NCBI RefSeq assembly: GCF_009914755.1
Contig: NC_060925.1
Origin: the human T2T-CHM13v2.0 reference genome, Homo sapiens
Strand: one strand, 5' to 3'
DNA length: 64,000 nucleotides
Each line of letters opens with the position of its first letter. Positions within the stretch are counted from its first letter, which is position 1. A model generated the notes under the pieces. That model was not told where the DNA came from. It searched no databases and saw only the letters and a list, made by a program, of their open reading frames with translations. This document shows positions 38,024 through 52,879 of this stretch, one piece after another. The position numbers were made by a program, and so were the translations under genes.

Positions 38024-40925
38024 AAAAGAAATCACAGCAAGTAAACTACAAACATGAACAAGAATACAAAGTGGTCCTATAGGGTCCAGAATATAAGTTA
38101 CCTCCATCATGAGGATAGTGGTAAGAGGTAGGTCCAAATCTCGATTCCCATCTTTGGTTATCTTCTCAAGCAGTCCCCTGTAAGAGGGATAACTTCACTG
38201 CTTAGTAATGACAAAGCAGTTCTCTGTTTATTAGAGGAATCCAAATACTGTAAAAATGAGCAATAGCTCTAAGATGCATATTAAAATAACATTCAAGACC
38301 ATTGTGACTTTTGTGAAATGGCCTCTAACACAACATGCAGCTGAAACATCATGTATCAGTATGGCTTGGGAAGGGGAAGTGGATGGGGGAACGGGGGTGC
38401 AGGTGTATGAGGAGAGGAGGCATAAGTGCCCCTTTTTTAGTATTTTATTGTTGTCGTTCACTAATTCTAATTGTTTGCTTTTGAATACTTAAAAATATTT
38501 TAAGGGTATTGATTCCACCTTCTCTTTCAAATTTTCAATTATCTCTCCAACTTCCTTTACTGGCTTTCCCTTCCTTTCAGCGCGTTTATTCTCCCTGTTT
38601 ACCTCAGTCTTCTCTGTACAGCAAAGTTCCAAGTTTCTGTAGCAGAGAAATAAATTAGCTAAGGAGAGGGAAAGAGATGTGATCAGGATTAGAGGAAGAA
38701 CCATTTTAGCTTCCTTGGTCCCTGATTCTATCAGAACATCTATGTAATCTGGTGAAAATTATTGCAGAATGTGGCAGTCGTGGAGGCTTAGGAAAGAAAC
38801 TCCACCATTATAAATTCCAGCCAAGAAACATGTGAAAACATTCAGTCATTTATTGCACCCACATACAATCCACCATCTGGATTCACATTACATAAAAGCA
38901 TGCAGAAAGCTTTGCATGCCAGAAGTCGAAGGTGTGCATGAAAAAGTTGACTAAATAACCCCTAGCCAGTGACTGAAAAGCCAGTGTTGAAGATGGACAG
39001 GCTGTGTGATGGGAAGTGTGGCTTCCAATAGCTCTTTCAGATGATTTGGAAAATGCATGACTATTGTTCATCTTCAGATACAAGCATCATCATTGCTGAT
39101 ATTACAGTGACTAAAAGAGCTACTATGTACCCAGGAAAGCAACCCAATATATGAAGTAGTAAATTTATACTCTCCATCTGTGGGTAAAATATAAGACAAA
39201 ACATAAAAACAAAATGATTATAAAGAATGATAATAAAGATATGTTGAAAGGCACCATTATTTTTATTACTAAGCTACTGAGGTATTGTGAATTGTTAACT
39301 TGCTTTATTTTCTTTCCTTGTGCCTTTTCATTTTTGTTCTATCTTCAACCTGAACCTCCCATCCCCCAACATTCAAGCACATAGATAATTATGTGTTTAT
39401 GGCCTCTGAGTAGCTTTGTGGCAGGATGGGAAGCAGAAGAGGGCTGCAAGTCTTTTTCATTCTTCTTCCAAAGTCTTGGGATAACATGGGTGTTTTTGTG
39501 AAGGAGATGTTTCTATACTAAACATAAAAAAGTGTCATGATCAGAAATATAAAATTAAAAGGACTTTCACAAGTAGAGATTCTTCCTGTTTCAGGTTGGT
39601 GGCTAAGGGAGAAGAGAAGGAGAGTGAAGAAGGTCTACAGGTTCTGAGAGCAAAGCAAATGTGAGCCCATTTCTTGCCAGCACACAGGTTCAGCACCAAG
39701 ACCCAGAGAGAGAAAGGCTGCCTGCTTTGTCTATGCTGATAGGAGTACAACAACCTTAGTACAAATTTTCCAGCAATTTTCAGCAGATAAAAGTAAGCTG
39801 ATCATTCTCCCAGGTGATATATAAATTAAGGTACTTAGCTTAGAAGCAAACTGCACCTGACTTGAGCAGAATTTGTTACCTCAAGCAAACATGGAATTTA
39901 CTGGAAGATTATGGAGAAGTTCAGGAAATCAAAGGCAATCTGGGAACACCTAGCTTCAGAAAGTGAAATCACTTTGGTAACCTGGATAACCAAAAGTGCA
40001 GCACCATCCCCTCGGGGTGCTGATACCAGATGGATCAAATCTATCTGGTATCCTTGAGTCCTATCCTTGAGTCACCGCTCACAAAATTTAAATTTCTGAA
40101 GGAGTTGGAGGACCCTTTCTTACATCCCTTTCCCAACCTTCAGCCAAGGAGGGTAAAACAATTTATTTCATAGTTATAGGACACTGTAGGCATTGGGGGT
40201 GGGTAAGTCCCCAAAAGAAAATCAGGTGCTATTACAAAAAAAAAAAGAATGGATGCTGGGTAGGCATAAAAACATATGCTCACTGCAAACGGCCACTTTA
40301 GAGATATAAAAATCTCATATATTTAATTACTTTTAAATACATTGCTTATGTGTGATAATCAATTGGAAGAAGTTGGAGTTCAATTTGTCTGAACACTAAA
40401 TTCATTGTGTCATTCCTGCTTCTAACTACTTATTGGCTCACCATTACCTCCAGTAAAGCTCCAAATTCCTTCATATTCTTCTAGTCTCTCCTAGTCAACC
40501 CTTTTCAACTTTAATTCTCTTCCTTGCCTGCACCTATATCCCCATAATATTAAGGGATTTGCATTTCCTTGAACACATTATCCTGTATCATATCTATGAC
40601 TCTTTACACATGCTGTTCTCTCTGTTTCGAATCTCCCTCCCTATTCCTTGTCTTCCTGGAAACTTACTCAATCCAAACACCTCCTCCTTAGGGAAACTTC
40701 CAGGGTACCCTTTTCTCCCTAACACTGTTTCCCCCACCACTTTTTTTCTTCATCTCAGTTTCCCCACTGTATATCTTGCACATGCCTCTATTTTTTATTT
40801 TACTGTGTTGTAATTATTTGTTTATATGTTTGTCTCCCCTACAAGTCTGTGAGCTTTTAGGGACAGGTTCTGAAAAAAAGAGTGTTAAGTGAGTGAAAGA
40901 ACTAATGAACTTTCCAATCAGACAC

Positions 40926-41667
40926 TGTCTTAGACCATTTGGGTTACTATAAAGGAATATCTGAGGCTGGGTAATTTATTTTATTTTATTTACTTATTTT
41001 TGAGACAGAGTCTGGCTCTGTTGCCCTGGCTGGAATGCAGTGATCTTGGCTCACTGCAACCTCCACCCCCCAGGTTCAAGCCATCTTCCTGCCTCAGCCT
41101 CCTGAGTAGCTGGGACTACAGGCATCCACCACCACACTCAGCTAATTTTTGTATTTTTAGCAGAGACAGGGTTTCACCAGGTTGGCCAGGCTGGTCTCAA
41201 ACTCCTGACCTCAAGTCATCTGCCCACCTCAGCCTCTCAAAGTGTTGGCATTATAGGCGTGAGCCATTGCACCCGGCCTGGGTAATTTATTTTAAAAAGA
41301 AGTTGATTTGCCTCACGGTTCTGCAGGTTGTACAGGAAGCATGGTGATGGTGTCTCTTTCTGGTGAGGGCTTCAGCTTGTTTCCACTCATAGTAGAAGGT
41401 GAAGGGGAGCCAGCTGTGCAGAGATCACATGTTGAGAGAAGCAAGAAAGGAAGCAAGAGAGAGGAAAGGGAGAGGCCATGTTCAACAACCAGCTCTCCTG
41501 GAAACTAAGGGAGTGAGGACTCATTCATTACCATGAAGATAGCACCAAGCCATTCATAAGGGATCAATCTCAATGACCCAAACACCTCCCAATAGGCCCC
41601 ACCTCCAACCCTGAGAATCAAACTTCAACCAGAGGTTTGAAGGAGTCAGATAAACCAAGTTATAGCA
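40926..41667 (-). mobile_element. MST (MaLR) solo LTR interrupted by an Alu
   Basis: tgtcttag...tatagca termini; 5-bp TSD gacac/gatac. Confidence 0.87.
40983..41278 (-). mobile_element. AluS inside the MST LTR
   Basis: 15-bp TSD tgggtaatttatttt at 40968 and 41279. Confidence 0.94.
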
Positions 41668-42009
41668 GATACCAACATTCCCCAAGGGCCCACTTTGCCT
41701 GGAATCATACATAGCAGGTGTAATAAGGAAGAATGTTTACTAAAGCAGTAGTTCACTGCCAGGGGTAGGCAGATCGTCAGTGGGGAGGGACACATGGTTT
41801 CATTAAAATTTCCAAATATTCACTCTCCTTAATCCCCATGTTCACTTGCAAGCAAAATGTACCATTATGCCTCTGCCTCCCTTATTTGCCCATATTGTTT
41901 CTGTAAATTTTTATCTATCTTCATTTCAGATCTATAGTGATAAAACCTATACTCCAAAATATTATATGTTTAATTACTAATGAAATACTTGGTTTTATAT
42001 AGTGAATCA

Positions 42010-42262
42010 TTTCAAAGCATAGCCCCTAAGAATATGGGCTCAGGAACCAGATGGCCTGGGTGTGGATACTGGCTCTGGTTGCATGACTCCACAAGGTATT
42101 TAACCTCTCTGTGCCTCAGATACCTAATCTATAAAAATGAGGCCGATAATAGTACCCAACCCATTAGATTGGTGAAAGGATTAAATCAGTAATAGATGGA
42201 AAGCACAGAGAACATTGTTTGACTTTAAAAATAGCTAAATAAATGCTAGCTGCCATTATTAT
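42010..42262 (+). mobile_element. MIR
   Basis: ttaacctctctgtgcctcagatacctaatctataaaaatga core. Confidence 0.72.
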
Positions 42263-42666
42263 TCCAATAAAATGTACTCCCTACCATAGTATCACAATTT
42301 TTTAATCATTTCAATAATCCAGCAAATGAGAAGTATAATAACAGAATGTATGTAAGCAGGAGTTTTATTTGTTGCCACCATAGTAGGTTCCAAGTTCTTT
42401 AGTGAAGTAATTTTCAGGACATAAGAAACAATTCAAAACCACTGCAATAGAGAATGACCCTTAAGGAATCAATAAATGAATGAGGGAAATAGGATAAAGA
42501 GAACACCCATCTACCCAGCAACATTTCAACATACCTTTTTGTGCAAGAGGTTAGTAAGGGGGAAATAATTAAATATGATTCAAAAGAGGTTACCTAATCT
42601 GAAGTAACGAGAGAGGAAGGGAACTGCCCTTTAGTTTGGGAGGAAAGCAGCAGTTAAAAGAGTCTC

Positions 42667-42966
42667 GGCTGGGAGCAATGGCTTACGCCTGTAATCCCAG
42701 CACGCTGGGATGTTGAGGTGGGCAGATCATTTGAGCTTGGGAGTTCAAGACCAGCCTGGCCAACATGGCAAAACCCTGTCTCTATGGGGAAAAAAAATTA
42801 GCAGGGCATGGTGGCATGCACTTGTAGTCCTGACTACTCCACTGAGGTGGGAGGATTGCTTGAGTTTGCAAGGTCAAGGCCGCACTGAGCTGAGATCACA
42901 CCACTGTACTCCAGCCTGGGCAACACAGCGAGACTCCATCTTCCCCACCCACTTCCCCACAAAAAA
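42667..42966 (+). mobile_element. AluJ
   Basis: Diverged Alu; TSD aaaagagtct. Confidence 0.88.
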
Positions 42967-43146
42967 AAAGAGTCTTGAACTTTGTGAAAAACAATTTTGC
43001 CCCACATAGCTTGGGGAATTAGAACTAATTAATGAGTCCACTTACTTCATGAATTATTATTTATGTTCTCAGTCAGTCTTATTTCTTGGGATCAGAACTA
43101 CAAGGTTTACTAATCAGATATATGACAGAGAGTCCCATCTCATTTA

Positions 43147-43477
43147 TAATAGTCCCCCCCTTATATTGGGGATACGTTCCAAGACCCCCAGTGAATGCCT
43201 GAAACTGCAGATAGTACCAAACCCTATATATACTGGTTTTTTAAATTCATATATAACTTTGGTAAAGTTTAATTATAAATTAGGCACAGTAAGAGACTAA
43301 CAACAATAACTAATAAGATAGAACAATTATAACAATATATTATAATAAAAGTAATGAAAATGTGGTCTCCCTCTCTCTCAAAATATCTTATGCTGTATTC
43401 ACCCATTTTCAGACCATGGTTGACTTCAGGTAAATGAAAGTGTAGAAAGAAAAATCACAGATAAGAGAAGACTACTG
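43147..43477 (+). mobile_element. MER44-type (TcMar-Tigger) non-autonomous DNA transposon
   Basis: Degenerate TIRs tagtccccccctta... / ...gataagagaagactactg; internal gttccaagacccccagtg. Confidence 0.82.
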
Positions 43478-43967
43478 TCCTCAGAAACTGACTTCTGTTA
43501 AAGAAAATTTAAATAATTTGTCCTTTCACCACTAGGTCTGTAAGTCCAGTTGAAATTGGGGCCATACAAAACTCACTGTCCTGGTTTTCTAGGCATGCTG
43601 GTCACTCTGATGTTTAATAACGAGATATGTTATAGTTATTCAGGAGTTTCCAACTTTATTTCTATGGGAAGATGCTTAGAAATCCAAACTTATTCTGTAG
43701 TTTTTGCTTATTACAAGTTGACTAAGGACATTGTATTTTATGGTAGTCATGAAAATAAGCCCTGGCACTAAAGTCTATGGTCAAAGATAAAGTGATCTTA
43801 GAACCAAGCCTTTAAACTACTGAGATCACTGAAATACTTTGCCCTCCTTCTTAATCTCATACGGTTAGCTTTTGTTGGGATATGTATTAATGAGTAAACT
43901 AATACTGACTACAAAAAAAAAACCCTCTGTTTTAGCATTTAAAATGTTTTAAATCTTCATTTATGTT

Positions 43968-44262
43968 TAAAACAGGATATTTCTCTGTTGCCCAGGCTGG
44001 AGTGTAGTGGTGTGATCATAGCTCACTGCAGCCTCAAACTCAAGCGATTCTCCTGCCTCAACCTCCTGAGTAGCTAGGACCACAGGTGTAAACCACCACA
44101 CCCAGCTAAAAAAAGTTTTGTTTTGGTAGACACAGGGTCTCGCTATATTGTGGTAGACACAGCCTCACTTGAAGCTGGTCTTGCACTCTCAGCCTCAAGT
44201 GATCCTCCTGCCTTGGCCTCCCAAAGTGCTGTGATCGCAGGTGTGAGCCACTGCACCTGGCC
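43968..44262 (-). mobile_element. AluJ (internally rearranged)
   Basis: Antisense Alu with a duplicated tggtagacacag. Confidence 0.85.
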
Positions 44263-44665
44263 TATTTCAGCAAATTTGGAACAATACATGGGGAAAGACA
44301 CATGTTACCTTGGAAAATGTTATGGGTCAAATGGAATTTGAAATCTGAAGGCTTTTAAGATGACCATAAAGCAGTAATAATGAATGCTCTTTGTTTTTAG
44401 TGTAGCTAAAATCTCTCCCTAAAACTTCACCTCTACTATACAAATGGGTCAGAAACTCCCTCAATTTCCACAAACTGAAACGTATACATCTACATAAAAT
44501 TGTACCAACCCTTTCCTGCTTTCCTTTTTCCCTAAGGCCAGTTTCTCCTGCTGTGCTCTGGATTCCACCCCACCTGTCTTCTCTCTTGCATGTTCAATTC
44601 CTGCTCCTCCTGGCCCCCCATACTGGATCCTTCCTATCAGCTTTCAAACATATTCAGTTCCATAA

Positions 44666-45201
<536 letters not shown>

Positions 45202-45700
45202 TTAAATCCCATGGATATTTAGTCCTCAGCTTACCTGACCTTTCAGCACCCTCCTTGATTACCTTCTACCATTCTTTCTTAGTTTCTTTTGCCAACTTTT
45301 CCTCCTCTCTTCAGCCTTTAATTGTTGGAATTCCTTAATACTAGACCTACTGTTCTTCTTACTCTATGCCCTCCTTAGGGAGTTATATGCCTATTGATGC
45401 TCTTGATAATTATCTATACACCAATAACTCCTACAGTTATACCTCTAGCTCAGACTTCTTGGAGCTCCAGGCTACATGTCCAAGTGCCTATTTATAATTT
45501 TAGTTATATGTTCAAAAGGTACCTCACACGTGAAATGTGCAAAATCAAATTCAGGGCTTCCCTTCTATCCTAAAAACTTAATCCTCTTGACTTTTCCCTA
45601 TCTCACCATCCTTCCATTTTCTCGTTCAGAAATGGGGGATCATCATTGACTCTCTTCTCCCACATTTAATAATTCAGGATGGTAAACTGTTCTCTTCCCA

Positions 45701-46818
45701 TGTTTTCAGAATTGCCATCAAAGCTCCAAAGCTGAAGACAATATACATCAAGGAACCCCCATCATTTAAAGAGAACCAGTGGGCTACTGAGAGGCAACAG
45801 AACTGGCGTTCCTCCTCCAAGCATCAGTCTCCCATCCTTTCCTCCTCCCTACTGCGTTATCTACATATTATGTGTTGTACGTAGACTAGAGGAACACATG
45901 GGAGTCACTGGGGACAAGTAATGTGGCTCTTCTTCTCCCTCAAAGCCAAGTTAAAGAACCCAGTAAAATTACTTGTAAGGACTAGATATACCCATAAGAA
46001 GGAGACAAAAGCGTCTCATTGTTGGGTTGGACATCTATGTAGGCAGTGGAGTTGCTAATCTGCTCTCAGCACTAACCTGAACAGGAGAAAAACAAGTATT
46101 GGAGAACAAAAAGAAGTGGCACCAGTTGAGATGCTACTTGGATTGGAGCAAGATGCTTGGATTTTCCAGAAGACACTGAAGAAGAAAGCCAAGCTTGAAG
46201 TTAATTGCTGGTACCTGCCCAAGGGGGCTGTGCACCAAGTGATGGGACCCCAACACCAAGAGGCTAGGGAGCACATTGCTAAGGAAGGTGTCAGAAGAGG
46301 TGGCCTGTCCCGCATAAGGGAACTGTGCAGAGGCCCTTGTATGGCTTCCTGAAGAATGCCTCATCAGAGGCAGCATGGGGATGCCTACCAAACCAAGTAT
46401 ATCAACAGCAGCTCACATTAAGTGGGAGACATTTGTGACTTGTCCCCAGTCCTCCACTCAGCTCCACAGGCCAGGGAACAAAGCAAAACCTATTTATAAT
46501 AGAGAAAAGTAAGAGCACAGACCATCTGCCAACTCCACTTCCAAGGATGCCCCTCAGTCCTTGACACATGATTGGACTGGAAGGACACTGAGGGAAGGGT
46601 GAGGGAAAGGTTTAAGTTGGACATATAAGATTGGACTAGGTCAGACTGGACTTTTAATAACAGAAAGTAATATGGAAGCTACAATAATCTGCTGAAGATT
46701 TTAAGGAATTTGAAGGGAAATATTATCAGCACATTTGAAGATTGTGGTCAGCAACAAAAGTAGAATCTTTTTATGTTTAAACTCCACTGAGTTCAGTCCC
46801 TTCAATCACTTGGTTACA
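45701..46818 (+). mobile_element. Possible ancient LTR (Gypsy-type MamGypLTR/LTR85-88-like) inserted in L2
   Basis: About 1.1 kb purine-rich block, TG...ggttaCA, between pyrimidine-rich L2 fragments. Family assignment is from vague resemblance only. Confidence 0.35.
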
Positions 46819-47594
46819 CAATCAATCACAGAGATACCTCTCTAATAGTACTATTGGTCCTCCCCATACTACAGCTAGAGTGCTTTTTCAGACACAGATC
46901 TGACCATGTCATGCCCCTACTTAAACCCTTTTAATGGTATACCATTAACATACCTAGGATAAAGATCTCAGTCCTTCCACTACCCCAAAGCTCTGCTTAC
47001 AGACTCATGGATCTGCCTCCACTCTCTCTGTACTCCATCCACATTGGTTTCTCAGGGCCTCAGGCATACCAAATTGAGCCTTCATATATGCTGTTCCACC
47101 TGCCAAAACATCCTTTCCTACTCCTCCCATCCTATCCAGTCCATTCGATTTCAGCTCATAAATCACTTTCTCAGGAAAGTCTTCCCTGAACTAAGCAGGT
47201 GTTTCCTTATTATAGACTCTGAAGACACAGCAGTCTCCTTCATAATACCAATTATAATAATATCTTTATATAATCATTTTTCAGATGTCTGTCTTTTCCA
47301 GCAGTCTGAAGTAAGACTCCAAGTGTTGTTACTTACCTTTATATTCCTGGTAAATAGCACATGAGCCATCAATGAGAATGCACACAAGAAATATTTGATG
47401 AATAAATACATAAGTGAAATTACATGCATTTACTCAAAGTTATGAGTAGGTCTCCAACTGAGGCATCACTGATCTTCTCTTATCCTGAGTATCAGCAACA
47501 AATGAGGTAGGGCCTTCCCTCAGCTCAAACACGAGGCAGGTCCACCTTAGTGTTTGTTTTCTTTGGGAAATCTTCTGATTATAATAATAAACAC

Positions 47595-47860
47595 TAATAA
47601 TTGGAGGTATTTAGTGAGAGCATATGAGTGCTAGATAGATTATGCTAAGAGCTTTTCTGTGCATTGTTGATCTCATCTATTCCTCACAACAACCCCATAG
47701 GCTAGGTGATTTTATTATCTACATTTTTACAGAAGAAAGAAACAGGGGCCTAGAGAAGTTAAGGGACTTGCCCAAGATCACACAGCTACTGAGGATGAGC
47801 TGGTACTGGAACCCAAATCTGGCTGACTCTAAAACCTGTGTTCTTAACCATTATAAAACA
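47595..47860 (-). mobile_element. MIR
   Basis: agagaagttaagggacttgcccaagatcacacagct core. Confidence 0.8.
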
Positions 47861-50251
47861 CAGCTTCCAAAACACAGGGATCTCTCTTTACTTAAGATCA
47901 CAGCACTTACTCAGCATTTACTGGTAGAGACAATCTTCTGACTTCTACAGCACTGTTCTTTTCCAATGCCATTCAATGCCTGGATTGAGATCTAAGATTT
48001 AATGTTTGTATATTTTGGTTCTTCATTAGATGCTAAGTTCTTTGCAGAGAGGGGTCTTTACTGTGCTGTGCATCTTTGGTTTCCTTATAAGGTCCATTTC
48101 TGGTTTGAGTGCTCAAAAATATTTATAGTATGAATCAATATATGAGTACCAGAACAATCTCACTTAATAGTTTATATGGATGAAATATGCTATATTCATT
48201 AAACACAATTCCAGGTTTAGGGAGATTTCTATTTTTAATGAAGATGCCTGTGGATCAATACTGTGACTCCTATTTTAATATGGAATATAATAATTAAATG
48301 TGCCCATGGAAATGATTACACACTGTATCTCCTTATCTAGAACAACAAACCTTATGACCTCTTTATGTTAAATGTTGGTTTCACAACAAATGCAGAAATG
48401 TTCACGTTAGATTTGAGACAGAATATAAAATAGATGGTATATTTTATCAGATATGTAAAGTATGTTAGGTTACATCTTCACTTTGTAGAAGGCTAGAAGG
48501 CACAGTTTTCTGGCAGTTCAATGTAACTCAAATTGGTAACCTCCTTTTATCAGCTCAAATATTAAACCTTCCTGTGAATGATTTGAATGTAAAATCTTAC
48601 TCAGGTATTTGAAAACTATTTTATTCCTGAGAAGGAAACCTGGAAGAAAAATCAATAATTTTTCTGGCCTCTGAACAACAATATTGTAATTGTGCCAACC
48701 AAATAATTTCCAATTTATTACTTCCCCACAGGAAATCAAAGATAATTTTCCCACTTTTTATAATTGGAAACCCCTGAAGTAAATCTCCCTAGTTTAATCA
48801 CAGAAATAGGAAATGATAGATCAAATATATAATTTTTATTAAATTCATTTTGCCAAAACTATATCAAGCTCTACTGTCTCTACAATAAAAAATCAAAATC
48901 ATTAAATGAAAAACAAATATTGCTCTTACATTCACTGCTCCAAACTTCATGCATCTGTCTCTTTTAAAGGATCCATATGGCCCAGAGCTCAGCTTTCTTC
49001 CTTAACAGAATTAAGAAAATGAGTTATATGCACATGTATGGGGATGTATTCATTTAATAATTTAAATAATACGGATCTAAAATATGCCACATGATTAGTT
49101 TAAAAAGCAGTGATTAAAAATTACAATTTGTAGTTTAATCTGGGTACTATTTTTAATCTCTTTGAATTTCCATTTTCCCACTGGAAAATGATGATAATTC
49201 CTGTCTTGCATCTATTTTATAGGAATTTTAGAAAGATTGAGAAGATAAATTAGAAACACTTGGAGAATCTCTAATGTTAGATGTATCAAATTCTTGGTAT
49301 CTTTTTTATTTTTATTTTTCTGTTTTACACAGAACTCAGTCCCAATTCTGGATATCTTTACATAGCTTTGGCTTTAGTTCACATAATTCTATAGAGGAAG
49401 ATAAGAGAGATACATGGTCCTTTCTATTACAGCTCTTTGCAGAATTTCTCAAGACATGGCAACAACCACAGCAAGACATATTTATGATTCTTGATTATCA
49501 CAAAAAGCAAAATGAAATAAAATAACAAGCATGAAAGAAGACTGCTAACTTTGTGTTTAGCCCAAAATTTATTCTAGAAATGTTAACTTCACCACGAACT
49601 ATTCACCTTCAGTCTTGAGTGTATTTCAAAAGCATGATTTAAATTTTTTATATTCTGGTTTCCACTGACAAACTCTGCATTTTGACAAGTTTTGATGAAG
49701 CCTATTCATTCTAGACAATTTATGCACACCTAACTTGAATAGTTGATTTTGACTTTATCCCCTTGAGTTCCTAGACCTGCCCTGATTAAATTTTAAAATA
49801 TAATTACAGGTAGCACATTGAGTCAGTCAGTTAGTCAGAGAGATCTGAGCTCTGTGAATACCTACTTCCTGCAGCACATTGCATTAAGTGCTCTGGAGGA
49901 GGATGGGGGTGGATGGGAACAGTCACCCATAAAATGATTTAAGGATTATTATTAAAACAACATATCACCAAGAACAAAGTATTTCAGCAGAAACTCTATA
50001 CATGAAAGTACAAGGAATGAAGGGTAAAGAAAGCACCAACCCTGCTTTAATTGCCAGTCCTATATATTTAGCAAATGCATTTTGTGATTGTTAACAGGTT
50101 TGCAAGCACTCCAACAAAACAAATTAAACAATTGTTGGTCTACCTACAAATAGGCAGCCTGAGTTGATGTAAGGCAGTTCTTTAAGTTCCTTTACCTGGT
50201 AATATGTCAAGGGCTTTCTTAAGTGAAGAATCAGGAAGAGACTTTTTAAAT

Positions 50252-50515
50252 AATTTTTTTATTTTGGAATAATTTTACATTTACAGAAAAGTTGCAAAAA
50301 TAAACAAAGAATTCCTATACACTCTCACTCAGTTTCCCCTAATGTTAACATCTTATATGGCCAAAGTACATTTTTCAACACTAAGAATCAACATTGGTAC
50401 ATTACTATTAGATAAACTTTGGACTTTATTCTGATTTCATCCATTTTCTACTACTGTTTTTGGGTTGTTTTTTTTCTGTTCCAGGATTTAATCTAGGATA
50501 CCACATTGCATTTGG
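50252..50515 (-). mobile_element. L1MC-type 3' end
   Basis: ttttggaataattttacatttacagaaaagttgcaaaaa...ggataccacattgcattt. Confidence 0.72.
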
Positions 50516-50939
50516 GAGGAAAAGACTCTAATGTCTTATTGCTGAGATTTAAAAATCAGCTATTTCTGAACAATGCAGCTAATCAGTGTTAGATATTAAT
50601 ATGAGCAGGAATAAATATGAATAACAGTCCAAGAGCCACCTGGGCATACCATAGTGTCAGATTTTTAACTAACTTCAGGGAAAATTAACATGATTTTGTA
50701 ATCAGTCATTAATGTCTACTTTATTTAGTTAAAGGTGCTGATTATATCAAGCTCTACCACCATTGCTAGAGTAGTGGGAACTAGTGTGAACACCTAGATT
50801 TTCCTACATAAGTACATGAAAAGAGGCTGATTTGGTTATGAAATCTGCCCATTAGGAAGGCTTAACACAGACACCACAGAAACAAAGCCCTAAATGGTCA
50901 GCTTACGGATATCGGAAGATAATAATAGATCAAGACCAT

Positions 50940-51100
50940 TGAGCATGCATCAAGGTCACCTGGAGGCTTTATTAAAATCCAGATTTATAAGTCCCATCCC
51001 CAGAGCCTGATTCCTTAGAGCCCAGGCATCTGCATTTCTAGCAAATTCCCAGGTGATGCCGATGCTGCTGATCCAAGGACTACACTTTGAGGATCACTAT
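50940..51100. mobile_element. MER5A (hAT-Charlie)
   Basis: ctgcatttctagcaaattcccaggtgatgccgatgctgctg...cactttga. Confidence 0.75.
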
Positions 51101-51483
51101 TCTAGAACTTCCCTAAGTTAACCTTCATGGATAATTGACTGAAAGAGAAATAAAGCCATTTTTCTTACAACGTATAATCATGGGTCCCTGAATTGATATG
51201 TTGCCTACCAGTTAGATCAGGGATCTGTTAAATCTCATTCCAAATCTGTGCAAGGAGTAAATGAGAAAACAAAACAAATATATTAGTTTCTCACAATAGT
51301 TTTACCAGTCTGTCTTCCTTTTAGGTAATGCAATCATATTTAAAATAATAAAATACCATTTTTAACAACAATAAAATAACTATAGTTTAAAATCAATCAC
51401 AAATGTTTGGACCAAAACAAAGCTTCTGATTGATAAACAGAAATTAGTGGGGATAAGGGATGTAAGACACATCTTCTTCAATA

Positions 51484-51625
51484 ATGCTTCTCAAACTTTA
51501 ATGTGTTTATGAACCACCTGGGGATCTTTCAGTTGGTCTGGGGATAAGCCCCAAGATTTTGCATTTCTCCTAAAATTCCAGATGATGCCATTACTGTTCG
51601 TCCACGGATCATACTTAAAACAGCT
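51484..51625. mobile_element. MER5-type element
   Basis: gcttctcaaactttaatgtg...cacctggggatctt...ttgcatttct. Confidence 0.65.
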
Positions 51626-52879
51626 CTATAGGGCTTTGGCAAGATTTTAGCAAGTGCAAGATCTTCTAGCACCTAGTGATGTCTGGAAATTTCTACCATG
51701 TCTCAGTTATGGGCATTATTTAATGCCTTTGACCAAGGCAGATTTTGGGATATGCTGGTCTCTATCCTGAACTCTAGGCTTTAGAATAAAAAAGGAACAA
51801 TTTTAGGGAAACTAAGTCAACAAAATCTCCCTGGAGTGTACTGGAATATAATAGAAACTTTTAGAACCTAATCACTTACTGAGAAGTCCTTTATATAATC
51901 CCTACTTCTTCACTCTAGTATCAGTCTAGTAACAGTAACATAGGGAAAAAAAATAGGAAAAGTCATCCAATTCTGTATTCTGACGGTATCACCACTGTTA
52001 ATGCTGATCCCATACACATCTTCAGTTCCTCAGACTGCTCTTCCTCTCCTTACCTTTCCCTTTGCCAAGGAAGCCCTCTTGGCTCTTGTGATTGGAATTC
52101 CAAGAAAGCTATTAAATTTCATTATTCCCCTTAAATGAAGCTTAACTTTTTTCCAATTTTTTTGTTGAGTCAAAGATCCACATTTTATAGGACCTTATCA
52201 CTGTTGGAGTATAAAGAGATAAGGGATGAGGAGCCTTTTTACTTTATTTCATCTGTTTGCCTTACAGGAAAAAAAAAAAACTTCAGAAAAAAATGAAAAA
52301 GTTTATTGATTGCCTCAAGGATAAGAGAAGAGGCCTTGAGAAAACATTATTTTCTATAGTGGGCCAGGAAAAAAGAAAAACCTTGGCCAGAAACAACAAA
52401 CGGTATATAAACTTTGACTCTCCCAAGATGCTGCCCTAGGATCTATCATACAGTGAGATGGTGGCTTCCATCCTGCACAACTGAGTAGAGTGGAAGGACC
52501 ACCACAAAACATTCCTCAGATTGCCTCCCTAAACAATCTCCCAGAATATATTAAGGCTTTATGTAAGGTTGCTCTTGTTAACTAATGGGTAGTAATGGAA
52601 AAGTAAGTATCCCAATTTTCAGGGATCCACACATGAAAGAAGATAATTGAGAGATGGCCTAGCCTGAAAAATAGCCCTGGAAAGTTTACATCAACAAGAG
52701 GCCCTTACCACCCCAAACTCCTCAGTCCCTTAAATTCCTACCTCCACATCCTGCATTGCAGAGAACCACTATCAGTGACCTGGAGCCAAGAAAGCCCTTA
52801 TTCAAGTGAAAATCTCTATGCAACCTAGGGATTAAGTAAGAAAAGCTGTATCCATCACTGTTAGCTTGACAATTTACCA

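Noticed and set aside
48489-48778. Two 47-nt AG..GT-bounded segments on + (48489-48535 RLEGTVFWQFNVTQI; 48732-48778 EIKDNFPTFYNWKPL) as exons of a lost gene
   Set aside because: Joining them gives an immediate stop, donors are weak, and neither peptide is recognisable. A TBLASTX against non-primate orthologs would be needed to revive the idea.
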